DNA of 64,000 nt, taken from NCBI RefSeq assembly GCF_963921235.1, contig NC_086108.1:66466001-66530000 (forward strand). Reading direction: 5' to 3'. Position 1 is the first letter of the stretch, and each line of letters opens with the position of its first letter. The notes below the pieces were generated by a model. It saw only the letters and a program-made list of their open reading frames with translations. It was not told the origin of the DNA and searched no databases. The translations under genes were made by a program, and so were the position numbers. The DNA is from Mobula hypostoma (taxonomy: Eukaryota). Shown here piece after piece: positions 1-10,814 of this stretch.

Positions 1-376
1 AGTTGAAACAGTTTATTAGTGTTGTTTATTGTTGCTATGTCTGTCAGAACACAGGTTGCATGGTACATTCTTCATGGAAAATACTGAGAAATTTGGGTAA
101 AGCATTCTCCACCAGAGCTCAGTGTTGCAGTATAGTTGAGATGTTTGTCACTTGAGCTTATACATACTGGCACTGAAATCCTGAGCTTAAATATAGTTAA
201 GAACTTTAACATCTGAATGTTCTGAACAAATCTGCCAGTTATTTACTGGAGATTACAGGTTATAAGGAAATAGTATATTTGTACATTTTATTATTTCAAA
301 ACAAACAAGGTGTTCATCCTTTATTCTTGAGATCAGGACCAATATAAAGTTTGCTTATAAGCTGCACTATATATTG

Positions 377-911
377 TACACTAAGTGGACACTTTATTAG
401 CTAAGTCCTGTACATAATAAAGTAGCCACTTAGTGTATGTTCATGATCTTTTGCTGCTGTAGCCCATCTTTCTTCAATATTCGATGTGTTTTCAGAGATG
501 CTTTTCTGCACACCACTGTTGTAACATGTGGTTATTTGAGTTACTGTTGCCTTCCTGTGAGCTTGCATCAATCTGGTCATTCTCCTCTGACTTCTCTCAT
601 TAACAAGGTGTTTTTGCCCACAGAACTGCCACTCATTAGATGTTTTCTGTTCCTCGCACCATACTCTGTAAACTCTGGAGACTGTTTTATGTGAAATTTC
701 CAGGAGATCATCAGATTTAAAGATATTTAAACAATCTTGCACCAACAACCAGTCCAGGGTCAAAGTCACTTAGGTCACATTTCTTCCCCATTCTAATGTT
801 TGATCTGAACAACTGTTATGCATTGAGTTGCTGCCACATGATTGGCAGATTTGATGCTTGCATTAATGAGCAAGTATAAAGGTGCACCTAATAAAGTAGC
901 CTCTGGGTCTA
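377..911 (-). mobile_element. Non-autonomous Tc1/mariner element (N-terminal HTH region of transposase only)
   Basis: ORF 401..769 (DLLEISHKTVSRVYR...QRRMTRLMQAHRKATVTQIT) resembles a Tc1 DNA-binding region. TIR-like ends TACACTAAGTGGACACTTTATTAG and CTAATAAAGTAGCCTCTGGGTCTA. No DDE domain. Second copy at 10815-12325. Confidence 0.85.
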
Positions 912-1186
912 AGTTGCACAGTACAGAAGTGAAATGCAGCAAGAAATGACAAATTCAGGAACTTGGAAATAAAAACAAACAATGAAGAAATTACTTTGCA
1001 GGTTAGGTGACGATTTTGGAGAAAGAGGAAGGTTAACATGTAAAGATAAAGACCTTTCATTAGAAGTAGGAAAACTTGTAAGTTGTGAGGAAATTGGTGA
1101 GAACAAAGGGAATGCCTGTCATAATGTAGAGTACAGGACTGACTGACAAAGGTGAATTTAGTGCCTGCTTTGGGAGGGTGTGTAAT

Positions 1187-1334
1187 ACTCACAACACGCT
1201 GGAGGAACTCAGCAGGTTTCGGGCCAAAACGTTGACTGTTCGTTTCCACGGATGCTGCCCAACCTGCTGGGTTCCTCCAGCGTGTTGTGAGTGTTGCTTT
1301 GACCCCAGCATCTGCAGAATATTTTGTGTTGAAT
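1187..1334. mobile_element. Short palindromic Penelope-derived element
   Basis: Inverted arms ACTCACAACACGCTGGAGGAACTCAGCAGGTT / AACCTGCTGGGTTCCTCCAGCGTGTTGTGAGT, flanked by direct repeat GTGTGTAAT (1178-1186, 1335-1343). Confidence 0.75.
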
Positions 1335-1526
1335 GTGTGTAATTACATCTGATCTATCTGGAAGTGTAGAAAGATAGGAAGATGACTGTGAATAGAGAAG
1401 AAAGAAGGTTAAAAGACAGTAATGTTGGAATTATGAGAAAAGGAGCACACCAGTTGCTAGAAATCTGAAGCAAATAAGAACGTGGAAATACCCATAAGAG
1501 TCACAAATATAGAGGACAATCAATGT

Positions 1527-1737
1527 AACACACAAAAAAATGCTGGAGGAACTCAGCAGGCCAGGCAGCGTCTATGAAAAAAAAGTGCAGTCGATGTTTT
1601 GGGCTGAAATGCTTCAGCAGGACTGGAGAAAAAAAGCTGAGGAGTAGAATTAAAATGTGGGGGAAGGGGTGAGAGAAACACCAGATGATAGGAAACCTGG
1701 AGGGGGAGGAATGAAGTAAAGAGCTGGGATGGTGATC
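1527..1737 (-). mobile_element. Penelope-like element 3' end fragment
   Basis: Reverse-complement match to the Penelope end at 10040-10235; degenerate hammerhead-like motif at 1589-1624. Confidence 0.75.
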
Positions 1738-2063
1738 AGTGATTTTTCCCCCCAGGGTGGAAACGGCAATTATGAGAGGCATAACTTTAAGGTGTTTGAA
1801 GCAATGTATAAGGGGGATGTCAGAGGTAATTTTTTTTTTACACAGGGAGTGGTAGGTGCATGGAACACATTGTCAGATGTAGTGCTAGAAATAGAATAAT
1901 TAGGGGCAATTAAGAGACTCATTGATAGGCATATGGCTGGAAGAAAAATGGAGGGTTATGTGGGAGGAAAGGGTTAGATTGATCTTGGAGTAGGTTAAAG
2001 GCTTGGCACAACTTCATGGGCCAAAGAGTCTATACTTTGCTATACTGTTCTATGTACTATGTT
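1738..2063 (+). mobile_element. CR1 LINE 3' fragment
   Basis: RGHNFKV...FFTQGVVGAWN-like coding remnant, 3' UTR and TTCTATGTACTATG tail. Confidence 0.8.
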
Positions 2064-2339
2064 TGGGCAACTTCTTTAGTGAGAGGCATACTGACTTCAT
2101 ATTACAAGCTGACGACTTTACATCAGTCCTGGCCCATTGTGATACAAACAGGAAAGGCTGATTATTTGAAAGTATCAGATCCCTAGAACAACATTGTCTC
2201 TCAGTGGAAGATGAGATACTCTTCATGAAGTTTATATGAAAGCCTAATTGAAATAATGAGGGGGAAAAGGCAGAGAAATCAGAGTGAAAGTGGAATGGAG
2301 AATTGAAGTAAAAGGCAACTAGAAGCTCAGGGCCTTCAC

Positions 2340-3980
2340 TCCTCAGTTTCCTTTATTACAGTCCCGCTGCCAAACAAAATACCCTTCCACATATTTCCCA
2401 TGAAGCACAAGCAATCCTGTCCTACCAGACCCATTGATTTTGCTTATTTTTGTCCCACAGAATTTATTTTTCCAAGCTTTATTCTTTTCTTGGTCCAGTC
2501 CCTTCCCACTTAAATCTGATACACTTACGATGTCCTCAATCACTTTGACTGTTTCCAATTTCCTGGTCCCAATCAGTTCACTTTCACCAAAATTCAAAGC
2601 CTTCATTCCACTTCAGAATGGTCTGACATTCCTCCTACTTCTTCCTTGAACAGATACAATCCAGTTCCCTCTGGCCCCACCCTCCCTTCACTTCCCCAAA
2701 ATGGTCATGGAACCAACATCTGGTGTTTCCTGTGGGATACATGGAACAGTCATTGTTTCAGTTCCACTCAGGAACCTTCCCTCATTTCCCTTCAGGTACA
2801 TCAATACTGTAATAGTCTTGTTCTGTCTTTTGCTCTTGGTCAAAACTGAGAAGGTTCACCATTTCCACCAAGCAATCTCTTTTGCATTGTCCATCTGCGG
2901 CTTTTCCTTTCCCTTACTCAACATTTCTATCATCATCACTGGGGATAAAGTACTGATTGATATCCTTGGCAAATGGGTGGACTCTCAAAACTCTCTCACC
3001 TGCAGCTGTTTCCAGCAAGGACTCCATTCCACTCTCCCAATTTCTCTGGCTCCATTGTATCTGTTTACAAACATAAATAATTGTAATTTATATTCTCTAC
3101 TGCTGCCACTAAACAAGACATTTCATGATTTATTGTATGTCAGTGATAATGAACCTGATTCTAATTCTGATTCTGAAATTAATTAAATTAACAAAATCTG
3201 GGTAATAATAATATAATGATAACAATGAAACAGCCAGTAAAACCATTTGTTTCAGGAAGGTCAACAAGGGTAGGAAATTTGCCACTTGTGCCCAGTTTGC
3301 CCTATATTTTAGTCCGGGCCCACCAATGTGATTGATTCTTAAATACCTCTGAAATAGCTAAACAAGCTAGTCAGTTCAAGTTCAGTTAGGAGTGGGTAAT
3401 AACTAGCTTGTCATTGGAATCTTGATCCTGAAAAATGGATTTTTAAAACATGCATTGGGTTCTCATGAAGTGTAGCTGTGCACCATCCTGGAGAAATTTC
3501 ATGCAGAATTGGTGACTACATTGCAGAACCTGTCCATTTAGAACACAAGGATGACCCTGTGCTTCCAGTTACCCATCACTTTAATCTCCATCCCATCTTA
3601 TATCCAACCTTTTTATCCATAATGTCCAACAAAATATATTATGGTCCCTGTACTGTAGGCAAGTTACATTCCCCAGGACTCAAAGCCTTCAACAATTTCA
3701 GATAACCAACATTGCCAGATTATCTTAGAACTGATCAGTTAGGTTATCAAAATTACTTGTAAAATTAACTTACTTTTTACCACTCTCTATTGCACATTTC
3801 CAGCATTTTCATTTATTTTGACTCTTCAGCAACTGCAGTGCTTTGTCTCAACATTATCCTCTTGTTTTCTAACTTTTCCTAGTTCTGAAGAAAGGATAAC
3901 AAACTGAAACATTAACTTGACTTCTCTCTCTGTGCAGTAGATGTTCCCTGACCTGCTAGGCATCTCTGGCATTTCTTCCC
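2340..3980 (+). mobile_element. Highly degraded Penelope-like element (RT and GIY-YIG remnants), interrupted
   Basis: 2732-2810 reads VGYMEQSLFQFHSGTFPHFPFRYIN (Penelope RT YIDD region). 3478-3600 reads GEISCRIGDYIAE...DPVLPVTHHFN (GIY-YIG region). Hammerhead-like motif at 3881-3917. Confidence 0.7.
3065..3178 (+). mobile_element. Rex1/Babar-type 3' tail fragment
   Basis: ...CAGTGATAATGAACCTGATTCTAATTCTGATTCTGA, same tail type as 31770-31811 and 43040-43081. Confidence 0.65.
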
Positions 3981-4189
3981 CATTACAGTAGAGAATTGGA
4001 CCAAAGTCAAAACTTCCTCTTGAGGTTTGACTGGGGATAGAGTTGATGCATAAAGTACACCCCATACCAGTAGTTTTTTCTGTGTTTTCCTGAGTTGTGG
4101 TTTGACATCATAACTGAATTAAGATTATCTGAAAATGGTATGTGGAACAATTTAATGGCAATGCATCTGATCTCCCTGGGTGGGAGGGA

Positions 4190-4410
4190 GGAAAAGGGCT
4201 TGCTTTGCTGTTGTTGTTTTGTTGCTTGTTGTGTTCTGTGTTGTTCTGCCGAGCATCGTGCTCATGCTAAATTGGCACTAGAATGTGTGGTAACACTTGC
4301 AGGCTGCCTCCAGCACATCCTTAGTTATATTGATTGTTAATGCAAATGGCTCATTTCACTGTACACTTCGATGTACATGTAAATAAACCTTAATCTGAAT
4401 TTGAATCTGA
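4190..4410 (+). repeat. Retroposon 3' fragment sharing its tail with the SINE at 6505-6815
   Basis: CATGCTA..TTGGCAC...CACTTGCAGGCTGCC...CATTTCACTGT...TCGATGTACATGT..AATAAA is similar to 6683-6810. Confidence 0.6.
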
Positions 4411-4689
4411 TCTTTTTTGCTGAGGGGAAAAAATGGAATTTTGAAGTAAACTAAAAAAGGAAACACTGGTTTGTAATTAGACACTACAATGGAAGACTGT
4501 AAAACTAGTAACACTACTTTAGTATTTCCTCAGCAAATGCAAAACAAATTAGAGGGATTTATTTAATGATATAGAAAACGTGTGTGAGTCATGGTAAACT
4601 TACACAGAACCCTGGTTATAACATCAAAAAATGTTCAAAAGATTTATGAAGGTGAGACCAGAAATGAGAGGATGTAACAATCATGAAAA

Positions 4690-5050
4690 TGAATAAACTG
4701 TGTCTCATTTCTCTGCAAGTGAGGAGACGAGAAGACTTTAAAGTTTTGAAGGCATTGAATGGAGTGGATGTGGAGAAATTGTTCTCACATGTGGTGGCTC
4801 CTGAACAAGGGTACGTAAGTACAGAATAGTCACTCATCCATCAAGCAGGAGATTTAGGTTTCTAGGTGTTGATTGGTATCAGAATGTGTAACCCTGCTGC
4901 TACCTGAAGTGTTGGAATCAAGCAGCATTATTTAAGGGGAAGCTTACCATGTGGGGGAGGTAGTAAGATCTAAGCAGAGCTGAGAAAGCTTGCGTAAGAT
5001 ATAATCACTGGCATTAAACAACTGGGCCAAATGGCCTACTTCAGCCCAGT
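4690..5050 (+). mobile_element. Old degraded CR1 3' fragment
   Basis: Remnant FKVLKALNGVDVEKLF-like translation and GGGCCAAATGGCCT 3' hairpin. Confidence 0.5.
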
Positions 5051-5124
5051 AATTAAATTAAGACAAGATAGATTTACAAAATGTATCCTGAGTCTTACTT
5101 GAGCTTCTTGTTGTTGTGATAACT

Positions 5125-5730
5125 CAAGTCAACTAAGATGTTCTCCTAAGGAGTTGTCTATTCGTGGGTCCTCAGGTGGCTGTAAAGGCTAATCCGGGAT
5201 CCAAATAGTATGGTGCCATGTGGGCAAGAGGAAGTGATGGCTGTGGTTAGTGGCTGGGTCTTTTTGTTGTTCAGTCTCTCCTTCTGCAGCTGCCGCCTGT
5301 TTTCTGGAGCACAGCGGAGGTCACCCTCACGTAGCACAGCTTCCTCTTCAACAAATTTCCTCCAGGTTATCTATTGAATGCAATGTCTTCCCAGTTTTTA
5401 GATGAAATGTTGCATTTCTTCAGGCTGATTTTGATGTTATCTTTGAAGCTTTTCCTTTTCCCAAGTGCTCACTGACCTTCCTTCAACTGGGAGTGTAAAG
5501 GATCTGTTTGGGGAGATGTGAGTTAGGCACCTGAATGACATTGCCTATCCATTGGAGTCGGTATTGCTTTATCATGGTGGAAATGCTGTCTACATTGGCC
5601 TCCTCCAATGTGCTGTGTTAGTATGTCTGTCCTGTCAGCTGATCCTCAAAATCTTTCATAAGGTTCTTTCGTGGTATTGTTCCAGGGCTTCAGGTGTCTG
5701 TGTAGGTTGTCCGTGATTCAGCTCCGTACC
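5125..5730 (-). mobile_element. RTE-clade LINE 3' fragment
   Basis: Minus strand gives YGAES...ALEQYHERTL.KILRIS...LEEANVDSISTMIKQYRLQWIGNVIQV...LPKQIL..QLKEGQ...KSFKDNIKISLKKCNI, typical of the post-RT region of RTE; frameshifted. Confidence 0.75.
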
Positions 5731-6504
5731 CAATATCATGCTGCAGTTAAGTACTGATTTCTGAAGTCACTTTCAAATCATGCTAATACACATTTTAAAT
5801 ACAAGTTCTACATGAAAGCAAACAACTTAAAATCTTTCCACCAATAGTCAAATCATCTATCCAGGTCAAGAAAGATTGAGCCAACCATAAATATATATGT
5901 AGAGGGTTCAAATAGAACTATTCAGATTAATGCTGGAAGCTGTTCTTGTTTAAATAAATTTCAGTAATTATTGACAAGTTGTAGGACTATTGGAATAATA
6001 ATTGCCTGTTCGTGAAACAAAGTCTAGTTCACCATTGGTACCGTCTCAGGCTCAATGATGAACATCTTTCCCATCAGTAATTCGTCTGTTTAATTTTGGT
6101 GGGATTGACTCATGCTGCCCTCTATCTACTTGTACAGTACTGTATTCCAGGGATGATTGCAAAAATACCTCATGATCTGCATTTGATAGTTAGAGATTTT
6201 GCTCTATTCAATTTGAAAGTGGATTTCAAAAAAAAGTTTAATGTTATGAGATTTATCCCAAAACAAGCTGCATGACTTTTGAAAAGAGAATTAATATACT
6301 GAAAAATCATTCTTGAAAAGGGTAACTTGGGAGGGAGCCACCACTGTGGCTGAAACATAACTACATCCTCAGCTCACCATTGTCAGCAATATTTAATTCT
6401 GTGAGTGAATTTATGAAATGAAACTCTTTCTCCAGTCCCGAAGAGATAACTTTTTCTTTTTTATGTTATTTCAGATGGGGCTTGTAAACCAATAGCAAAA
6501 CCCT

Positions 6505-6815
6505 GAAGTAACCATAGCAACTAACACAACACTTTTCAGCGCCAACATTCCGGATACTATTCCCACTGCTGTCTGGAGATTTTACATTCTGCCCATGACC
6601 ACATGGGATTCCTCTGGGTGCTCTGGTTTCCTCCCACATTCCAAAGACATACAGGTCAGGATTAGAGTGTATAAATTGTGGGCATGCTATCTTGGCACCA
6701 AAAGCATGGTGATACTTGTAGGCTGCCATGCTTGCATTGTGTTGGTCGTTGATGCAACCAATACATTTCACTGTTTGTTTCGATGTTCCAATGTACATGT
6801 GACAAATAAAGCTTC
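6505..6815 (+). mobile_element. tRNA-derived V-SINE (HE1-like)
   Basis: V-domain-like GGGATTCCTCTGGGTGCTCTGGTTTCCTCCCACATTCCAAAGAC. Confidence 0.75.
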
Positions 6816-7045
6816 TCCTTCGTTTATATAAAAATTAACGTGTTTCAATATAACGTACAAATGAAGAGGTTAAAATTTATTGTTGAACAATGGTCAGTTA
6901 ATTAATTCATTTGACTCTGCAGGCAACAACTTTATTTCCTTCAGTTTTCTAGCTATATTTTATCCACTCCTATCTCCTCTTGCGTATTACGTTGTGTCAC
7001 AACCAGTTAAGGTTTACAATATTAAAGCACTTGAGGAAAGTTATT

Positions 7046-7211
7046 TTAAAATGTAAACACGAGGAATTCTGCAGATGCTGGAAATTCAAGCAACACACAT
7101 CAAAGTTGCTGGTGAACACAGCAGGCCAGGCAGCATCTCTAGGAAGAGGACTGTACCTCTTCCTAGAGATGCTGCCTGGCCTGCTGCGTTCACCAGCAAC
7201 TTTGATGTGTG
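7046..7211. mobile_element. Short palindromic Penelope-derived element
   Basis: 59-bp inverted arms (7091-7149, 7156-7214) with one mismatch. Flanking repeat TTGAGGAAAGTTATT at 7031-7045 and 7212-7226. Arm matches the Penelope terminus at 48855-48906. Confidence 0.85.
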
Positions 7212-8071
7212 TTGAGGAAAGTTATTGTTCTTCTTATCTTAAATGGGTCTGATCTTAAATAACAGACACTAGTAATCTACTTGACAATGGGAGGTGTTTT
7301 TATCGTGCCTGATCTGTTTTCACCAATTATCCACAAGTATTTAGATGAAGATGTGAATTAGGGACAATGGCTGATTATGCACTTTCGGTTGTAAGCCTTG
7401 AAGCTGTGAAGGTAAGTGTGGCATTTCCTCCCTTGCTAATCATCTAATCACTCCACGATCAGCTAACTCAACATAGATTTAGTCAGTTATTTATTTCTCC
7501 TACCTTTTCACAGCATCAGTGCTATGATTTATTAGTAAATGAATCCATGATTCATTTTCTGTTTAAAACCCACACTTCCATGGAGTCTGATCCATTACTG
7601 AAATTAGAATAATGTCATTGGGTGGGCTCTGTCATGCAACAGCAATTTTGCTTTTATCCATAATAACAGGAAAAAGATGCCATGTCAACCTAAGCAGCTG
7701 AGAACAGATGATGGCAATTTAATAGAGGAAGTGAATAAGGTTATAAAGGCTTAGTTCCACCTTTGAAAACCAAATGCTGGTCACACATTATATTTCTCAT
7801 ATGAACTCTGTGGGTTGGACAAAGTGACTTTCATAAATGTACTCAAATAAGATAAAATACAGATAATTGTAAAAATATTTATCTTTTAACATATTAGCAG
7901 TAATTTACATGGTGTGCTTTTTCTTTGCAAAGCTAAACTTTACAATGTGTGTCCTTAAACTTGCAAGGGAGAATAAAATCTTCATGTTTAAAAGGATACC
8001 AACTAATTAGTTTTGGGGAGAATAAATAAAGACGAATTTACAATGAGAGTAATTTAAAAGAGTATGAGCAT

Positions 8072-8312
8072 TGGGGTGCAATGGTAGCATTAGCACAACG
8101 CTATTACAGCTTGGGGCATTGAAATTTGAAGTTCACTTCCATGCTCTTCCCATATGTGTATAGGTTTCCTCCGGGTGCTCCAGTTTCCTCCAACAGTCCA
8201 AAGAACTACCATTTACTAGGTTAACCGGTCATTGCAAATTGCCCTGTGATTAGGCGAGTGTTAAATCGATGGGTTGCTAAGCAACGCAGCCTATTTCATG
8301 GTGTATGTCTAA
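8072..8312 (+). mobile_element. V-SINE copy
   Basis: GGTTTCCTCCGGGTGCTCCAGTTTCCTCCAACAGTCCAAAGA V-domain with a degraded tRNA-like head. Confidence 0.7.
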
Positions 8313-8339
8313 GTCAGGAGTTCTAAGTAATTGAACTTT

Positions 8340-8550
8340 GAACAATTGCAGAGGGAGGTACAGAGGCTCAGGTTTTGGAGCTTGTTGATTGGTACTGAGG
8401 GTATGATGGTGTTGAATGCTCAGCTGTAACCAATAAACAGCAGCCTGGTTTAGGTATTACTACTGTCCTGGTGGTTCACGAACAAGAGGAGAGCCGGTGA
8501 GATTGCATCTGTTGTAGACCTACTGTGGTGATAAACAAATTGCAGCGTTC
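8340..8550 (-). mobile_element. Rex1/Babar RT fragment
   Basis: Minus strand LQFVYHHSRSTTDAISPAL...[29 protein letters not shown], homologous to ORF 19849..20391. Confidence 0.75.
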
Positions 8551-8611
8551 CTGATGGGGGCGTGTCAGTGGTCAAATGTGTTGGCTCCTCCAGTTCCACA
8601 AGCGATGTGGG

Positions 8612-8790
8612 GCAACACACACAAAATGCTGGAGGACCTCGGCAGGCCAGGCAGCATCTATAGAAAAGAGTAAACAGTCAACCTTTTGGGCTGAGACCCT
8701 TCATCATGGTCCTGACCTGCTGAGTTCCTTCAGCATTTTGTGTATGTTGCCTTGGATTTCTAGCATCTGCAGGTTTTCTCATGTCTGTGA
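8612..8790. mobile_element. Short palindromic Penelope-derived element
   Basis: Arms CAACACACACAAAATGCTGGAGGACCTCGGCAGG / CCTGCTGAGTTCCTTCAGCATTTTGTGTATGTTG; degenerate flanking repeat at 8595-8609 and 8792-8806. Confidence 0.75.
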
Positions 8791-9632
8791 CTCCACAGGT
8801 GATATGTTGGTGGTAGTTGGTCAGAGACTTCTTCAAGTCCTGGTTCAACTCCTGGGATTTTGTTTATGTTTACCAAGGGCTGAGAAACCCGGGCACTACA
8901 CCAGGATACGAGTTGGAATTTCAATGTAAATAGGGCTTGAAATTTCTTATTGAATCTGATGTTCAGGTTTTACTGCCAGTGGCTGAATCTCCGGTACTGG
9001 AGAGATACGATGGCTATAGGCCAGTAAAGAAAAGTGCAGGAAGAGGATCAATATCCTTAAGTCACTAGTAAGAGCAGAAGTGCTGCCTTCCAGCCTTCAC
9101 CATCCTTCACATCAGATTATCCTCAGACCCCCAGCTAAATGAACTTAGTGAAAATCAGTCTCAGATCCCCTAACCCCCAAGATCAGACCCACACTGATTC
9201 AGACCTCTCAGCTGTTGGGAACCAGACTTTCCCCATGTGATAGTGCTCCTTCTACACTCCGGATCTGTGGGTTAATATGACAAATCTTGCAGCTACCCTA
9301 TGGAGGTCCCATCTCAATGGAAATCAAGCCTGTCAGTCAAAGTAGCATCTGAGTGGGGAAACTACTCAGACCAAAGGACGAATGACATGAAATTAAAACG
9401 TATGTGGAAACACATACACCTGGGGGTTTTATTGGAAGCCAAGCTCTATATTCATTCTGGAACTATCCTGGGAACATACAAAACAAGATATTTAATTAGA
9501 CAGCTTGTTTCAGAAAGAAGAACCGAAGAACAGTGTTTTATTTATAATAAAAACAATCTATCAGTTGAAAACTGCAAAGACTTAGTTGGCCATAAAAAAC
9601 TGCCAAAACTACAGTCAAAACCAATCCACAAT

Positions 9633-10232
9633 GCATATCGGTGAGACATGACATAGATTGGGAGACCGTTTCGCTGAGCACCTATGATCTGTCCACCTGA
9701 AAAAGCGAGATCTCCCAGTGGCTACCCATTTTAATTCCACTTCCTATTCCCATTCCGATATGTCAATCCATGGCCTCCTCTACTCTCCCGATGAGGCCAC
9801 ACTTGGATTAGATGAACGACACTTCATATTCCGTTGGGTAACCTCCAACCTGATGGCATGAACATCAACTTCTCGAACTTCCGGTAATCGCCAAGCCCCC
9901 TCGCCGTTCCCCATCCTCTTCTCCCTCTCTCACCTTATCTCCTTGCCTGCCCATCGCCTCCCTCTGATACTCATCCCCCCTTTTCATGGCCTTCTGTTCC
10001 CTCCTGTCAGACTCCTCTTTCTCCAGCCCTGTATCTCTATCACCGATCAACTTCCCAACTCTGTATTTCGTCACTCCTCCTCCTGGTTTCATCTATTACC
10101 TTGTGCTTCTTTCTCCCCTCCCCCCACCTTTTAAAGCTACTCCTCAGCTTTTTTCTCCAGTTCTGCCGAAGGGCTCTGCCTGAAACGTTGACTGTACTTT
10201 TTTCCATAGCTGCTGTCTGGAATGCTGAGTTC
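9633..10232 (+). mobile_element. Penelope-like element 3' part (GIY-YIG C-terminus plus 3' UTR)
   Basis: HIGET*HRLGDRFAEHL...DLPVATHFNS remnant, pyrimidine-rich UTR, hammerhead-like motif at 10159-10193. Confidence 0.85.
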
Positions 10233-10590
10233 CTCCAGCATTTTGTGTGTATAGCTATGAGTTGATAGGTGAAAGAGATAAAGGACTGGAGAAGGGGAAA
10301 TCTGATAGAAGAGGGCAGAAGCCATGGAAGAAAGAGAAGTGGGAGAGGCAGAGGTGATGGGTGGGTAAGGAAGTAAGGGAAACAGGAATGGGGAGTGGTG
10401 AAGGAGTGGGAGGGGTGGCATTGCAGGAAGTTCAGGAAATCGATGTTCATTTCAACATGTTGGAGGCTACCCGAATGGAATGTAAGGTGTTGTTCCTCCA
10501 ACCTCATTGTGGCCTCATCGCGGCAGTAGAGGAGGCCATGGACTGACATGTCAGAATGTGAATGAAAAGCAGAATTGAAATGAGTGCCAA
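10233..10590 (-). mobile_element. Penelope-like 3' fragment, convergent with the previous copy
   Basis: ORF 10040..10663 contains THFNSAFHSHSDMSVHGLLYCRDEATMRLEEQHL, homologous to ORF 49245..49571. Confidence 0.85.
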
Positions 10591-10814
10591 TGATCAGCAG
10601 CCTCATTGTACCATTAAACTTCCAAAAGGAATTCCACCTTTGATGTATCTTGAAAATGGTCATTTACACAACCCATGACTTGCTTAACTAGCAAAAGGAA
10701 CTGCTGATAAGAATGGTACTAAAATGAACAATATACTGAGGAAAAAAAGCAAGTCATACTCAGTTAATAGTCACATTTGTCTGGTACTGCAAGTCTCTTC
10801 CCACTTAATAAACT

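Noticed and set aside
6505..6580. tRNA gene
   Set aside because: Degenerate SINE head that does not form a cloverleaf.
7091..7214. pre-miRNA or rho-independent terminator
   Set aside because: The hairpin arms are Penelope terminal sequence present in many copies; no specific miRNA evidence.
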